From IMG/VR virus record IMGVR_UViG_3300030103_004672, positions 24,678 through 88,677 of that record: a stretch of 64,000 bases of DNA; one strand, written 5' to 3'. This DNA comes from a virus. Positions within the stretch are counted from its first letter, which is position 1; every line of letters starts with the position of its first letter. This document shows, piece by piece, positions 48,801-57,440 of the stretch. A program made the position numbers and the translations under genes. Below the pieces are notes generated by a model, which was not told where the DNA came from, did no database searches, and saw only the letters and a program-made list of their open reading frames with translations.

Positions 48801-50954
48801 AATTCAATGGGTATAGTATCCGCGGCATTTAGCGCAATAGGAAAGAAGAGTAGACCTTCTAAGGCATTCTTTGGGCTTGCTGGAGCTTTAGGATTTAAAG
48901 ATAATCCAGTTAAGCAAGGTATTAAGAAAGTTAAGGGCGCTGGAAAGCAACTCAAGGAAATAGCGATAGGCTTAGCCGAGTTCCAAAAATTGGCTAACTC
49001 AAAGATTGTGTTCGGTGATGCTGCAGATCCACAGCCCGGTACTTTAGCTGAAGCTGTTATGAATTCGATTGGATTTGTAAACGCAGCATTTGCAGCAATT
49101 GGAAACGATGGAAAGCCTGAGGGTGGCCGAAGACGTGGACTGTTTAGTTTTTTCTTTCCTGTAAGAGAAAGTGCAACGCAGCTAGGTATCAAAAAAGTTA
49201 AAGGTGCAGGAAAACAATTAAAAGATATAGCAGACGGTCTAATGGGATTTGTTGCTTTAACTGAGAAAGACAACCTATTTGATGATCCTAATACAGGTGC
49301 TCAGGGTGTTTTAGGACCAGCAGTCAAGAAGACAATTTTGTTTGTTGCTGAAGCGTTTGCAGCTATCGGAGGGCAGAGTAAGGATTCTCAAGCTTTAGGA
49401 GGTGCTGCAAAATTCTTTGCATTTAAGGAAAACCCTGTAAAACAAGGTATTAAGAAGATAAAAGGCGCAGGTACTCAGTTAAAAGAAATATCTGACGGAT
49501 TACTAGGATTTGTAAAGTTAACTGAGAAGAAAAATTTATTCCCATCTGAAAAGGGCCCAGGCTTGTTGGCACCTGCAGTGTCTTCAGCAATGATGTTTGT
49601 AGCTGATGCATTCGCTCAAATAGGTGGACAAAGCAAGCCTTCTTCTGCTATGTTTGGAGCTGGAGGTGTCTTTGGATTTAATGAAAACGCCGTTGCACAG
49701 GGTATAAAGAAAATTAAGGGAGCGGGTTCTGAGCTTGCCAATATAGCTAAGGGTTTAGAAACGTTTTCTAAAATTGCAGAACCAAAGCGTGGTAAAGATC
49801 CATTTGGCCCAGAAGGACATATAGGAAAGGCTGTAGTTGCAGGAGTTTCTTTTGTTTCATCTGCATTTGCTATTGCAGGAGGTGGAAATGTACCTAGCGA
49901 GATATCTAAGAATTTCCCTATATTAGCTAATCTATATGTTGACCCAACTGAAATAAAGAGAGGTATTGATGCCGTGTCAGGAGCTGGTGAAAAGGTTAAA
50001 GTAATAGCAGAAGCATTAAAAGCTGTAATGAAAGCAGATCCTAAGGGAATGGGAGAGAACTTAGTAACTGCTGGCCAAAATTTTGTAAAAGGAACAGGTC
50101 TTTATTCTTTAGCATTCGGTATACCTGGTGGAACACAAATACCTAGCGGACTAAAGGATGTGATGTTCGGTGCAAATAATATTTCACAAGGATCTGTTAG
50201 TAGAGGGCTTAAGGTTATGGATGGTGCAGCCAACAAAATTGAGTCAATTGGAATGGCGTTTGGAAAAATAGAAAGGATTAGGATGTTTACTGCAGGTCGC
50301 CAGCTTGCATTAGGCATGGCATCAACAGCTGCAGGTATTAATATTCTGTTTGGTGAAGAAGATGCACCTGAGGTTGAACTTACTTCAAATGGTATATCAT
50401 GGGGAAGTATGCGGCGTCGTAAAAAGAAAGCTGGGAAAACTAACATTCAGAAATTAAACATGTTTGCAGACTTTTACATCAGAATTGGTAAGGGCGCAAG
50501 TGAGTTTAGCAAGGCTGCAAGATCTATGAACATGTTTGCGAGTGCAATTAACAAGATCGAGATTCCAAAGGCTGAGGCAATGACTGACTTCATGCATGTA
50601 ACCAGTACTATGGGTAACAGACGAAGATTCGATGTTACAATCTTGAAAAAACTTGCTATCGCAATAGACGAGCTAAAGGCTGCAGTTGTAAGAAACGTAG
50701 AAGCCACTGAATCAGCACCGCCTGCAGGATCTGCAGATCCAGGTGGAGAAGGTACCGCATCAGCACCAGGAGATAGACCAGCAGGAACATTCGAGAATCT
50801 TGAAAAACTATTAAATAGTGGTGGAGGTGAAGCCGGTGGAGGAGGTGCAAGCGGAGGTGCCGATATGTCTGGCGCGCTAAGCCAACTGAATAGTACACTT
50901 CAGAGACTTCCTGGGGCAATTGCCAATGCTATAGAAGGCAATAGAGGTTTTTAA
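45858..50954 (+). CDS. Tape measure protein
   Basis: 1698 aa A/G-rich helical protein, hydrophobic segments, internal repeats, position after tube and chaperones. Confidence 0.8.
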   Translation: MARFKLEDLMSPLKALEQKFQELVDQGGAGGGGSAAAGQAVATGDMSSLVEINTAIASELQGQTTLLKQIAANTRGGGGGGDGGMSARLGRAGEAIMLVSGGILALGRALRRLGRRSKSINKGIDSIGNLLDKLGEEFDDKQQITKLREGGEALTAVGDGILRFMKAMAISSLLAIPAAIGAPIVFFIVRMAGRTFSAMGRQAKEIKAGANAIEQIGYGLTEFAIGFGVLMLISLAVIAMPQLALVGVGLLLSMALVFRIIGAGAKQIRKGGRAVAFVGLGLAAFGAGYFIFALAISKAGVTFKSVGIQMLVLVGMLGVFGLAGNIIAKNPLGPQILLYGLAAFAALGLGLLVFSFGYKKFAEATKGMKMMDAVVQGAVLLEVGLVMALMGLAVFASAGSVLLGPVMYGAIGLSLVELSKGLVKFKEAKFTKEDAENMGAVLTVIKAAFSNGPFETKGGGFGGFLGSIGNAIAAPFETAAVAGSAASMSLIGGALVDLSKGLAKYKAVKFTQTDAEDLAVGITSISAAFANAGGGAKYMLGIKIKPSNTEAGISATKKAGKSLISIANGLKAFMALSDTIPFGKVENKGDGNVTIKKANGQEDLKGETLAYRLVNGVGMVQQAFAAIGEQNTSPAPGLFGMIGFNQNAVAQGIKATKNAGKSMDSIVKGLRAFMSTAGAIDFGKIEGVGEGNVVIKKADGSDDTGGETLAYMVVNGIGMVQQAFAAIGEESAPAPGLFGMIGFSQNAVNRGIKVTKNAGKRLTEIAKALQAYSQMITSGPPFGDPSNPNGPGKGTITEAVINSMGVVQAGFEAIGKKSKPSRAFFGIAGALGFKENPVKQGIRKVRGAGRELTKIAKGLKAFADIISSGVKFGNPESPTFGGSNTITAAVVNSMGIVTAGFEAIGKKSKPSKAFFGLGGALGFKENPVKQGIRKVRGAGKQLREIASGLKAFADIMNSGIDFGDPKSETFGGSKTLTAAVVNSMGIVSAAFSAIGKKSRPSKAFFGLAGALGFKDNPVKQGIKKVKGAGKQLKEIAIGLAEFQKLANSKIVFGDAADPQPGTLAEAVMNSIGFVNAAFAAIGNDGKPEGGRRRGLFSFFFPVRESATQLGIKKVKGAGKQLKDIADGLMGFVALTEKDNLFDDPNTGAQGVLGPAVKKTILFVAEAFAAIGGQSKDSQALGGAAKFFAFKENPVKQGIKKIKGAGTQLKEISDGLLGFVKLTEKKNLFPSEKGPGLLAPAVSSAMMFVADAFAQIGGQSKPSSAMFGAGGVFGFNENAVAQGIKKIKGAGSELANIAKGLETFSKIAEPKRGKDPFGPEGHIGKAVVAGVSFVSSAFAIAGGGNVPSEISKNFPILANLYVDPTEIKRGIDAVSGAGEKVKVIAEALKAVMKADPKGMGENLVTAGQNFVKGTGLYSLAFGIPGGTQIPSGLKDVMFGANNISQGSVSRGLKVMDGAANKIESIGMAFGKIERIRMFTAGRQLALGMASTAAGINILFGEEDAPEVELTSNGISWGSMRRRKKKAGKTNIQKLNMFADFYIRIGKGASEFSKAARSMNMFASAINKIEIPKAEAMTDFMHVTSTMGNRRRFDVTILKKLAIAIDELKAAVVRNVEATESAPPAGSADPGGEGTASAPGDRPAGTFENLEKLLNSGGGEAGGGGASGGADMSGALSQLNSTLQRLPGAIANAIEGNRGF
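47701..49070 (+). repeat. Tandem intragenic repeats in tape measure (300-bp pair, then 270-bp triplet)
   Basis: NGxGMVQQAF at 47701 and 48001; NSMG at 48261, 48531, 48801. Confidence 0.85.
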
Positions 50955-50974
50955 TTCTTTCTTAAAATTGCATT

Positions 50975-51002
50975 TAAACTTTTTGATTCTATAGAATATA
51001 AT
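50975..51002 (+). promoter_or_regulatory. Putative middle promoter TAAAC-N17-TATAAT
   Basis: TAAAC 50975-50979, TATAAT 50997-51002. Confidence 0.7.
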
Positions 51003-51019
51003 TACAAAAGTTAATATAC

Positions 51020-51814
51020 ATGGGTGAAATTGTTTGGATTGATCTAGAAACAACTGGTATTTCAAGAACTGAAGATAGAATTATCGAGATTTGCATGATA
51101 AAAACTGATGCAGATGGAAACGAGATCGATAAATTTTACAGCTTGATAAATCCAGAGGGTGTAAAATCTAGGCAAGAAGCTCTAGATAAACATGGAATAC
51201 AAGATTCAGAACTGGAAGACAAGCCTACTTTCAGATCAGTAGCTAAAGAGATAGTTGACTTCATAGGAGATGCTGATCTTGGAGGTTATAACCTTTTCTA
51301 TTTTGACCTGCCATTTATTATTGAGGAATTTATTAGAAGCGGGATAGTATTTGACTACAGATCTAAAAATATAATCGATCCATATAAGGCAATCATAAAA
51401 TACGAATCCAGAGATTTAGAATCTGTATACCGCAGATTATTTGGCACAGAACTTGAGGGCTCTCATAGAGCTGAAACCGACATCAGAGCAACCATGAAAG
51501 TCTTCGAAAAGCAAAAAGAAATATATGGCTTATCTAAAGATCCTAATCAAATAGACTTAGATATAAATCCAGAGAGATCAGGAATGATTGATTCTGATGG
51601 CAAATTCGTTATTAAAGAGGTAGATGGAAAAAAACAAGTTGTATTTAACTTTGGTAAATATAAGGGAAAATCATTCAAGGCTGTATATGAAACTGATTCT
51701 AGATATATTGATTGGTTCATAAATATGGGTGATTTTGCATCTGAGAGCAAAATGTATGCAAAAAAAATGATTAATAAAATTTCTGCTGAAACTCCTATGC
51801 CAGATATTTTTTAA
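51020..51814 (+). CDS. DEDDh 3'-5' exonuclease (Pol III epsilon-like)
   Basis: DLETTG, GYN..FD, HRAETD; C-terminal FNFGKYKG. Confidence 0.9.
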   Translation: MGEIVWIDLETTGISRTEDRIIEICMIKTDADGNEIDKFYSLINPEGVKSRQEALDKHGIQDSELEDKPTFRSVAKEIVDFIGDADLGGYNLFYFDLPFIIEEFIRSGIVFDYRSKNIIDPYKAIIKYESRDLESVYRRLFGTELEGSHRAETDIRATMKVFEKQKEIYGLSKDPNQIDLDINPERSGMIDSDGKFVIKEVDGKKQVVFNFGKYKGKSFKAVYETDSRYIDWFINMGDFASESKMYAKKMINKISAETPMPDIF

Positions 51815-51867
51815 TCTGAGTTTTTTTTGTTATATTATAAAGGTGATACATAAAAAAATTTAAGAAT

Positions 51868-52092
51868 ATGTTAATTGAAAATGATCAAAATAGATCAAAG
51901 TATATTGAGCGTGCGATTTATAACTACATAACAAAGACACTCAAAATAAGATTTGTATCAGGGCAAGTATACGAATACGAAAACTTTGATGAAGAAGTAT
52001 ATGACAAATTTATTAAGGCTGAATCGCAACAGGCTTTTTTCACAGAGCAGATCAAGCCAAATTATGATGGTACTGAACTTTTGCTTGATTAA
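51868..52092 (+). CDS. KTSC-domain protein
   Basis: YN...L.I.F.SG.VYEY..., F..AESQ..FF...IK. Confidence 0.8.
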   Translation: MLIENDQNRSKYIERAIYNYITKTLKIRFVSGQVYEYENFDEEVYDKFIKAESQQAFFTEQIKPNYDGTELLLD

Positions 52093-52568
52093 TGGGTAAG
52101 GTTATTTTAGTAGGTAAGTCAGCTGCTGGTAAGGATCACCTAAGAAAGATATTACAGAGCAGGGGCTTTAAATATGCAGTTTCTTACACAACGAGACCTA
52201 AGAGGGAGAAAGAGATAGACGGCTTAGATTATTTTTTTATAGAAAAGAAAGATTTTAACAATAAGCTATTGTCAGGGGAATGGTACGAATATGTAAAGTT
52301 TAATAATTGGTATTACGGAACAACTAGGAAACAGTTCAAAAACTGCAATCTATTTATAATGACACCAGCAGGTTTAAGCAAGGTCGATCCAATTGATAGA
52401 AAGCAATGTACTGTGATTTACTTAGATGTAAGCAATGAAGTAAGAATGCAGCGTTTATTGGACCGAGGAGATAATAATGATAGTTTAGAACGTAGGATGT
52501 CTGCAGACGATAGAGACTTTGAAACTTTTACAGATTTCGATATTAGAATAACAGAATCTAATTTTTAA
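52092..52568 (+). CDS. Guanylate-kinase-like NMP kinase
   Basis: GKSAAGKD, SYTTRP.R..E.DG.DYFF, YGT. Confidence 0.85.
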   Translation: MGKVILVGKSAAGKDHLRKILQSRGFKYAVSYTTRPKREKEIDGLDYFFIEKKDFNNKLLSGEWYEYVKFNNWYYGTTRKQFKNCNLFIMTPAGLSKVDPIDRKQCTVIYLDVSNEVRMQRLLDRGDNNDSLERRMSADDRDFETFTDFDIRITESNF

Positions 52569-52571
52569 CAC

Positions 52572-53165
52572 ATGATAGTAATTATAGAAGGCCAAGACCG
52601 TACTGGTAAAGATACACAAACTGAGCTATTAAGACAAAAGTATAAACACTTATCATTTCATAAGCTACACTACTCAACACCGCCAACTAAAACAATATAC
52701 ACTAGCATTGATTACAGTTCAAAGCTATATGATGGTATGTTCAAAATGATCCATAGTGCTAGTGAAACAGATCAAAACTTACTTATAAACAGAGCACACC
52801 TAGGTGAATCTGTTTACTCTCCGTTATACCGAGGATATTCTGGTGATTACATATTTGACATTGAAAAACAATATCTAGAAACACTAACAGATGATTTATT
52901 TCTAATTGTCCTAGTAAATGATCCATATTTTGTAATGTCTAGAGATGACGGTGACAGCCACCACAAAAATAGCGAAGAACGCATTGCTAAAGAGCGTGAT
53001 ATGTTTACTCGTGCATATATGAAAAGTGGTATTACTAACAAGCTCTTAATAAATTGTAGAGATTTAACTCCTGATGTGATTCACTACGATATAAGTAAAT
53101 TTATTGAAGACACCATTCATAGTAGATTGGTAAGTCATGATCAAATACAAATACAGTTTCAATGA
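52572..53165 (+). CDS. Thymidylate-kinase-like dNMP kinase
   Basis: IIEGQDRTGKDT, NRAHLGESVY..LYRG; overlaps the gp42-like gene (ATGA). Confidence 0.8.
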   Translation: MIVIIEGQDRTGKDTQTELLRQKYKHLSFHKLHYSTPPTKTIYTSIDYSSKLYDGMFKMIHSASETDQNLLINRAHLGESVYSPLYRGYSGDYIFDIEKQYLETLTDDLFLIVLVNDPYFVMSRDDGDSHHKNSEERIAKERDMFTRAYMKSGITNKLLINCRDLTPDVIHYDISKFIEDTIHSRLVSHDQIQIQFQ

Positions 53166-54031
53166 TAGCAACATTTAAAGGTCAAACATTTGCAGATGTA
53201 TATCAAGAACTTTTAACAGAGCTTTACAGCGATCCGCATTGTGTTAGCAATCCTCGTGGAATGGCTTGTAAAGAAATGCTTAATGTAAGTCTTCATATTG
53301 AAGATCCAGAATTTCCACTATACGAGAATGAACGCAGGTCTAGCCAATTACGCTATATAGCAGGTGAGCTATTATGGTATTTCACAGGTCGTAATGATAT
53401 TGACTTCATATCTAAGTATTCAAAGTTTTGGGCACATTTAGATAATGGTGACGGCACGGTTAATTCTGCTTATGGTAATTTAATATTCAGGGAAGAGAAT
53501 GAACATGGTGTTTCCCAGTGGCAGTGGGCATACGATTCATTAGTTGCAGATAAAGACACTAGACAGGCAGTGTTACATTACAATAAACCTAGTCATCAAT
53601 TTAAAGGTAATAAGGATTTTGTTTGTACGATGTACTCAAACTTTCATATTAGAAATAATAAGTTATATCTGAAGACTGCAATGAGATCTAATGATGCAAT
53701 ATTAGGTACTCCTACAGACATAGCATTCTTTTGTTTTTTGCAACAACAGATGCATCGACTTCTACTTCCACATTATCCAAAGCTAGAATTAGGAAGTTAT
53801 ACTCACACGGTTGACTCTATGCATATTTATGAAAGACACTTTGATCTAGTTAAGGATATGCTAGCTAATGATTTTCAGGCATTTTCATTCCCAAAAATAG
53901 ATCACAATCTAGTTGATTACAAAGGTATTCCATCAAACACCTTAATAAATACAGTATATAGCATAGTCAACGGTTCTATTCTTAATCCATCTACTAAAAT
54001 TATGACATGGATTTATGATAATGCCAAATAG
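53162..54031 (+). CDS. Thymidylate-synthase-family enzyme, dCMP hydroxymethylase (gp42) type
   Basis: NSAYG, DFVCT (catalytic Cys), MRSNDAILGTPTD (Asp where ThyA has Asn), SMHIYERHF. Confidence 0.75.
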   Translation: MIATFKGQTFADVYQELLTELYSDPHCVSNPRGMACKEMLNVSLHIEDPEFPLYENERRSSQLRYIAGELLWYFTGRNDIDFISKYSKFWAHLDNGDGTVNSAYGNLIFREENEHGVSQWQWAYDSLVADKDTRQAVLHYNKPSHQFKGNKDFVCTMYSNFHIRNNKLYLKTAMRSNDAILGTPTDIAFFCFLQQQMHRLLLPHYPKLELGSYTHTVDSMHIYERHFDLVKDMLANDFQAFSFPKIDHNLVDYKGIPSNTLINTVYSIVNGSILNPSTKIMTWIYDNAK

Positions 54032-54052
54032 ACTCAAAAAAAATAGCTAATA

Positions 54053-55003
54053 ATGAAGCTACTAGATTTTAACCAATTTATCAACGAGAATTTCTCTGAA
54101 CAATACCCAGGCCTTAAGAAGGTATATTTAGCTACGAAAAGATCTAGTGGTCAGTATTGGTTATCTTACAAGGGATTTGCAGGCAACAAATTCTTTACAC
54201 AAATAACTGAAAAAAATATTGATGATTTAGACATCAATAAGGATTACCCTGTTTTAACTTACAATAAAGAGCTTGTTACTAAGCTTATTGATTCTGGAAG
54301 AATAAAAGAAGAAAACGTTTACAATCTTCCAAAGCACGTAGATTTATCAGGATCTAAAGAAGAATTTCACAAGTTAGCTGGTGATCATGAAAATGTTCCG
54401 ACTACAGTTTATACTAAGGAAGATGCCCTAGAGAAACTTAATTTCCCAATCATCGCAAAACCCTCACAAGGCCACAGCGGAATGGGAATACAAATTTTTA
54501 AGACTAAAGAAGATTTTGAAAAGGCAGACGAAAATAAATTTGATACATTCTCTGAATTTATAGATAAGGCTGAAGAGCAGAGGTTTTTTGTATTTAAAGG
54601 AGAGCCGTTCTTTTGGCAAGAAAGACAGCCTAATAATGCAAAGGCAAAATCAGGCGACGGCGGAGCAGATTCAAAAATGAATTTTAAGTATTGTAGAAAG
54701 GATCCGGCTAATATTCCATCTGAATATGCAAGTGTTATCAAAGAATTTTCTAAGATGTATGAGAACCTACCTATGATATGTTTTGACATGATGAAAGATA
54801 AAAATGGTAAGGTATTCGTTATTGAGCCAAATAGCCAACCAGGTCCACCATTTGATTCGACTGCGAAGATGTATGAGAAGATTTACGAAGACTTCTACGG
54901 TGAGAAGATGGATAAGGCATCTAAAGATAAGCTCGATGAATATTCTAAGCAAATGATTGAGATGACTTTAGCAGATGATTCAGGAAGATTTTCAACTGAA
55001 TAA
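54053..55003 (+). CDS. ATP-grasp (RimK-like) ligase
   Basis: FPIIAKP..GHSGMGI, EFI, E.R, FD, VIEPNSQPG. Confidence 0.8.
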   Translation: MKLLDFNQFINENFSEQYPGLKKVYLATKRSSGQYWLSYKGFAGNKFFTQITEKNIDDLDINKDYPVLTYNKELVTKLIDSGRIKEENVYNLPKHVDLSGSKEEFHKLAGDHENVPTTVYTKEDALEKLNFPIIAKPSQGHSGMGIQIFKTKEDFEKADENKFDTFSEFIDKAEEQRFFVFKGEPFFWQERQPNNAKAKSGDGGADSKMNFKYCRKDPANIPSEYASVIKEFSKMYENLPMICFDMMKDKNGKVFVIEPNSQPGPPFDSTAKMYEKIYEDFYGEKMDKASKDKLDEYSKQMIEMTLADDSGRFSTE

Positions 55004-55009
55004 TTTTTT

Positions 55010-55018
55010 TGTTATATT
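55010..55018 (+). promoter_or_regulatory. Putative early/host-type promoter element TGTTATATT upstream of the sigma-factor operon
   Basis: Same 9-mer at 33026 and 51828. Confidence 0.5.
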
Positions 55019-55037
55019 AGTATTCTAAATAACTTAC

Positions 55038-55619
55038 ATGATAAAAACCCAAGAAGAGCTTTTGAAGGCCATTGATGATCCTTCATTTGATTTCTTTATT
55101 ACTTCAGATACTTGGTTTGGCAGAAAGCAAATCATAGATATCGCAAACCGACCTTTTAGCACTTTGAATGAGATGAATGATACTCTTGTTGAAAAGTGGA
55201 ATGAGAAGGTATCTAAAAGTGACATAGTGTTTCACCTTGGCAATTTTGCTTGGGATCCTATAACAGCTGAAAATATGTTATCTAGGCTGAATGGTAACAT
55301 TATATTTTGTGTAAGCGACGACGATGATGCAATATCACTCATGTCGGAAGCTGACGAGACAATAAACATTATTGACAATGATATAGTAATATTAGAAGAA
55401 CGAGATTTAGTTCTTTGCCATTATCCATTACGAGTTTGGCCTGGTAAGAGCTCTGGTACTATACACATCCACGGCCACACTATATTTTCACATAAAACAA
55501 ATTTAACAGAAGAGCTTCGCATAAATGCGTGTATCGACTTCTGGAATTATGCACCCATTCGTTTTTCAACCCTTAAAGACTTAATAAATGAACAAAACTT
55601 ATCGTCAACTAGCAAGTGA
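55038..55619 (+). CDS. Calcineurin-like phosphoesterase homolog with degenerate metal ligands
   Basis: SDTWFG, HLGNF, SDDD, HYP, HGHT. Confidence 0.75.
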   Translation: MIKTQEELLKAIDDPSFDFFITSDTWFGRKQIIDIANRPFSTLNEMNDTLVEKWNEKVSKSDIVFHLGNFAWDPITAENMLSRLNGNIIFCVSDDDDAISLMSEADETINIIDNDIVILEERDLVLCHYPLRVWPGKSSGTIHIHGHTIFSHKTNLTEELRINACIDFWNYAPIRFSTLKDLINEQNLSSTSK

Positions 55620-56202
55620 ATTTAAAAATACAAGATCTGAGGAATCTTTTTCTCAACTATACCAAAAAATAAAACCAGGATTAACAAGTTATGTAAATAA
55701 GATATTAAAAGATCCAGAGTTAACACAGGATGTTGTATCTACGACACTTACTAAAATATTCCTGAAGATAGATCAATATAATGAAGACTATCAGATTACA
55801 ACCTGGGCTTACAAGATAGCCTATAATGATGCAATAGGTAAAATTAGAGACCGTCAAAAAAGAGTCAGCATGAATGCATTTACTGATGCTGGTCAAGATG
55901 TTCGCCGAGCTGCTGTTCCTGCGTCTATAGCAGACGACGATCTAACTAATGATGAGTATTTAGAGGAAGACAATATTTTGCAAGAGAAGTTTGATAAGAC
56001 CACCGAAGCAATTAAATCACTTCCTGCCTTATACAAGCCTTACATGGTAGAACGGTTTTTGAATAATAGATCGTACAATGATATCCTTGACATGATGCAA
56101 GCAAAGGAAAAGGGAATCAATCTACAAACTGTAAAAAACAGAATATTCAGAGGGCGAAAACTAGTAAAAGACTCATTAAACAATGAGGTAGTTTTTCAGT
56201 AA
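55588..56202 (+). CDS. Sigma-70 family, ECF-like sigma factor
   Basis: Region 2 (QDVVS..L.K....YN...TWAYKIAYN) and region 4 (LP..Y...SY.DI...TVKNRIFRGRK). Confidence 0.85.
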   Translation: MNKTYRQLASEFKNTRSEESFSQLYQKIKPGLTSYVNKILKDPELTQDVVSTTLTKIFLKIDQYNEDYQITTWAYKIAYNDAIGKIRDRQKRVSMNAFTDAGQDVRRAAVPASIADDDLTNDEYLEEDNILQEKFDKTTEAIKSLPALYKPYMVERFLNNRSYNDILDMMQAKEKGINLQTVKNRIFRGRKLVKDSLNNEVVFQ

Positions 56203-56214
56203 AATAAATAAAAT

Positions 56215-56676
56215 ATGTTTATATTTAAGCTAATTCGAGAAATAAGATTATGGCGAAAGGTTAAGAAAGTATTAGAAGAAAATACTGATTCTCTTAACGA
56301 AAGTGGCTTTCGTGTTGATTGGGTTGGTCGTGCATATACTGTAATAAATTTACCAGAAGAGGTTGCTAACCATAATGAAACTGTCCAGGAAGGATATGTC
56401 CTACAAAAGCTCAGAGACTATGATGAGTTATTTTTAAAGTTAGGAGTTTCTGATGTATTGATACCAGAGATGGAAAGAATCGATGAGCCAGGAGCTGCTG
56501 CCTTTTTACTAATATTAGCACCAGCTCGCAGATATCTTAATTTAGGCAGAATATTGCTGTCATTATTAAGTGCAGTGCTTGGCATATTTGCTATTCGAGT
56601 TATTTTTAAACTTATCAGCAAATATAACGTGCCTATTGCAGAGTTCTTTAATAATGCAAAAGAAATAATATTTTAA
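56215..56676 (+). CDS. Hypothetical membrane protein
   Basis: FRVDWVGRAYTVINLP; C-terminal hydrophobic helix. Confidence 0.6.
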   Translation: MFIFKLIREIRLWRKVKKVLEENTDSLNESGFRVDWVGRAYTVINLPEEVANHNETVQEGYVLQKLRDYDELFLKLGVSDVLIPEMERIDEPGAAAFLLILAPARRYLNLGRILLSLLSAVLGIFAIRVIFKLISKYNVPIAEFFNNAKEIIF

Positions 56677-57416
56677 TGTCGATATCACAAGAACTTAAAA
56701 AGACGGTCAGTTTAAATGGCAAGAGGTATTACGATGTAGGAATTGACAAGCTGTTGCCTTCAGTAACCACAGTAATAGGTGAATTTGCTGATAAATCAGG
56801 AATTAAACATTGGATAGAAAGAGTAGGTGCGGAGAAGGCTCAGAAGATTACAAAATTTTCTGCAAACCGGGGTACGGTTATGCACCAAATGATTGAATAT
56901 TTTTTAACTTCATTCGAGAGGGAAGAAAGGCTTAGACTCATGGAGGCTCGCGAGAAAATAAAAAGTTATTGTGAATCCGAGGGATTTACTAGAGATGAAC
57001 GGCGAATGGGCGAGCGTTTATTCTACAATTTTTACAACACCGACACATTTGATAGAATAAAAAGAGTTGATAAATTAGAGGAAGCAGTTTGGTCAACAAA
57101 GAACGGTGGGTTTGCAGGGCGAACTGATGCTATATACGAAAACCAAAACGGCGGTATTATAATTCTTGACTTTAAAACCGCCAGAAAGGCAAAAAAGAGA
57201 AAATGGATAGATGATTATTTTCTGCAGGCAGCAGCTTATTACATTGCATATTGGGAAATGACTGGCGTGAAACCTGAAGGTGGAGAGATCTGGATAAGTA
57301 ACGAACAAGAAGGGTTTCCACAAGTTTTTGAGATCTATGAGAAGGATATGCAATACTATGGAGCTAAATTTTTAACCATGGTCAAAGATTTTCACACCAA
57401 ATACAACGAAGATTAA
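56676..57416 (+). CDS. PD-(D/E)XK exonuclease
   Basis: PSVTT, RGT..H, AGRTD, DFKT, Q..AY. Confidence 0.88.
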   Translation: MSISQELKKTVSLNGKRYYDVGIDKLLPSVTTVIGEFADKSGIKHWIERVGAEKAQKITKFSANRGTVMHQMIEYFLTSFEREERLRLMEAREKIKSYCESEGFTRDERRMGERLFYNFYNTDTFDRIKRVDKLEEAVWSTKNGGFAGRTDAIYENQNGGIIILDFKTARKAKKRKWIDDYFLQAAAYYIAYWEMTGVKPEGGEIWISNEQEGFPQVFEIYEKDMQYYGAKFLTMVKDFHTKYNED

Positions 57417-57440
57417 ATATATAAAGAAAAAATCATCATC

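Noticed and set aside
45854-49273. Long minus-strand ORFs (298, 253, 365 aa) opposite the tape measure
   Set aside because: Antisense shadows of an Ala/Gly-rich repetitive gene; no motifs, promoters or independent coding signal
53162-54031. Canonical thyA call
   Set aside because: Asp rather than Asn at the specificity position, plus gp42-like NSAYG and DFVCT motifs
56676-57416. Cas4 / CRISPR-associated nuclease
   Set aside because: Lacks the Fe-S Cys cluster; ordinary phage PD-(D/E)XK exonuclease
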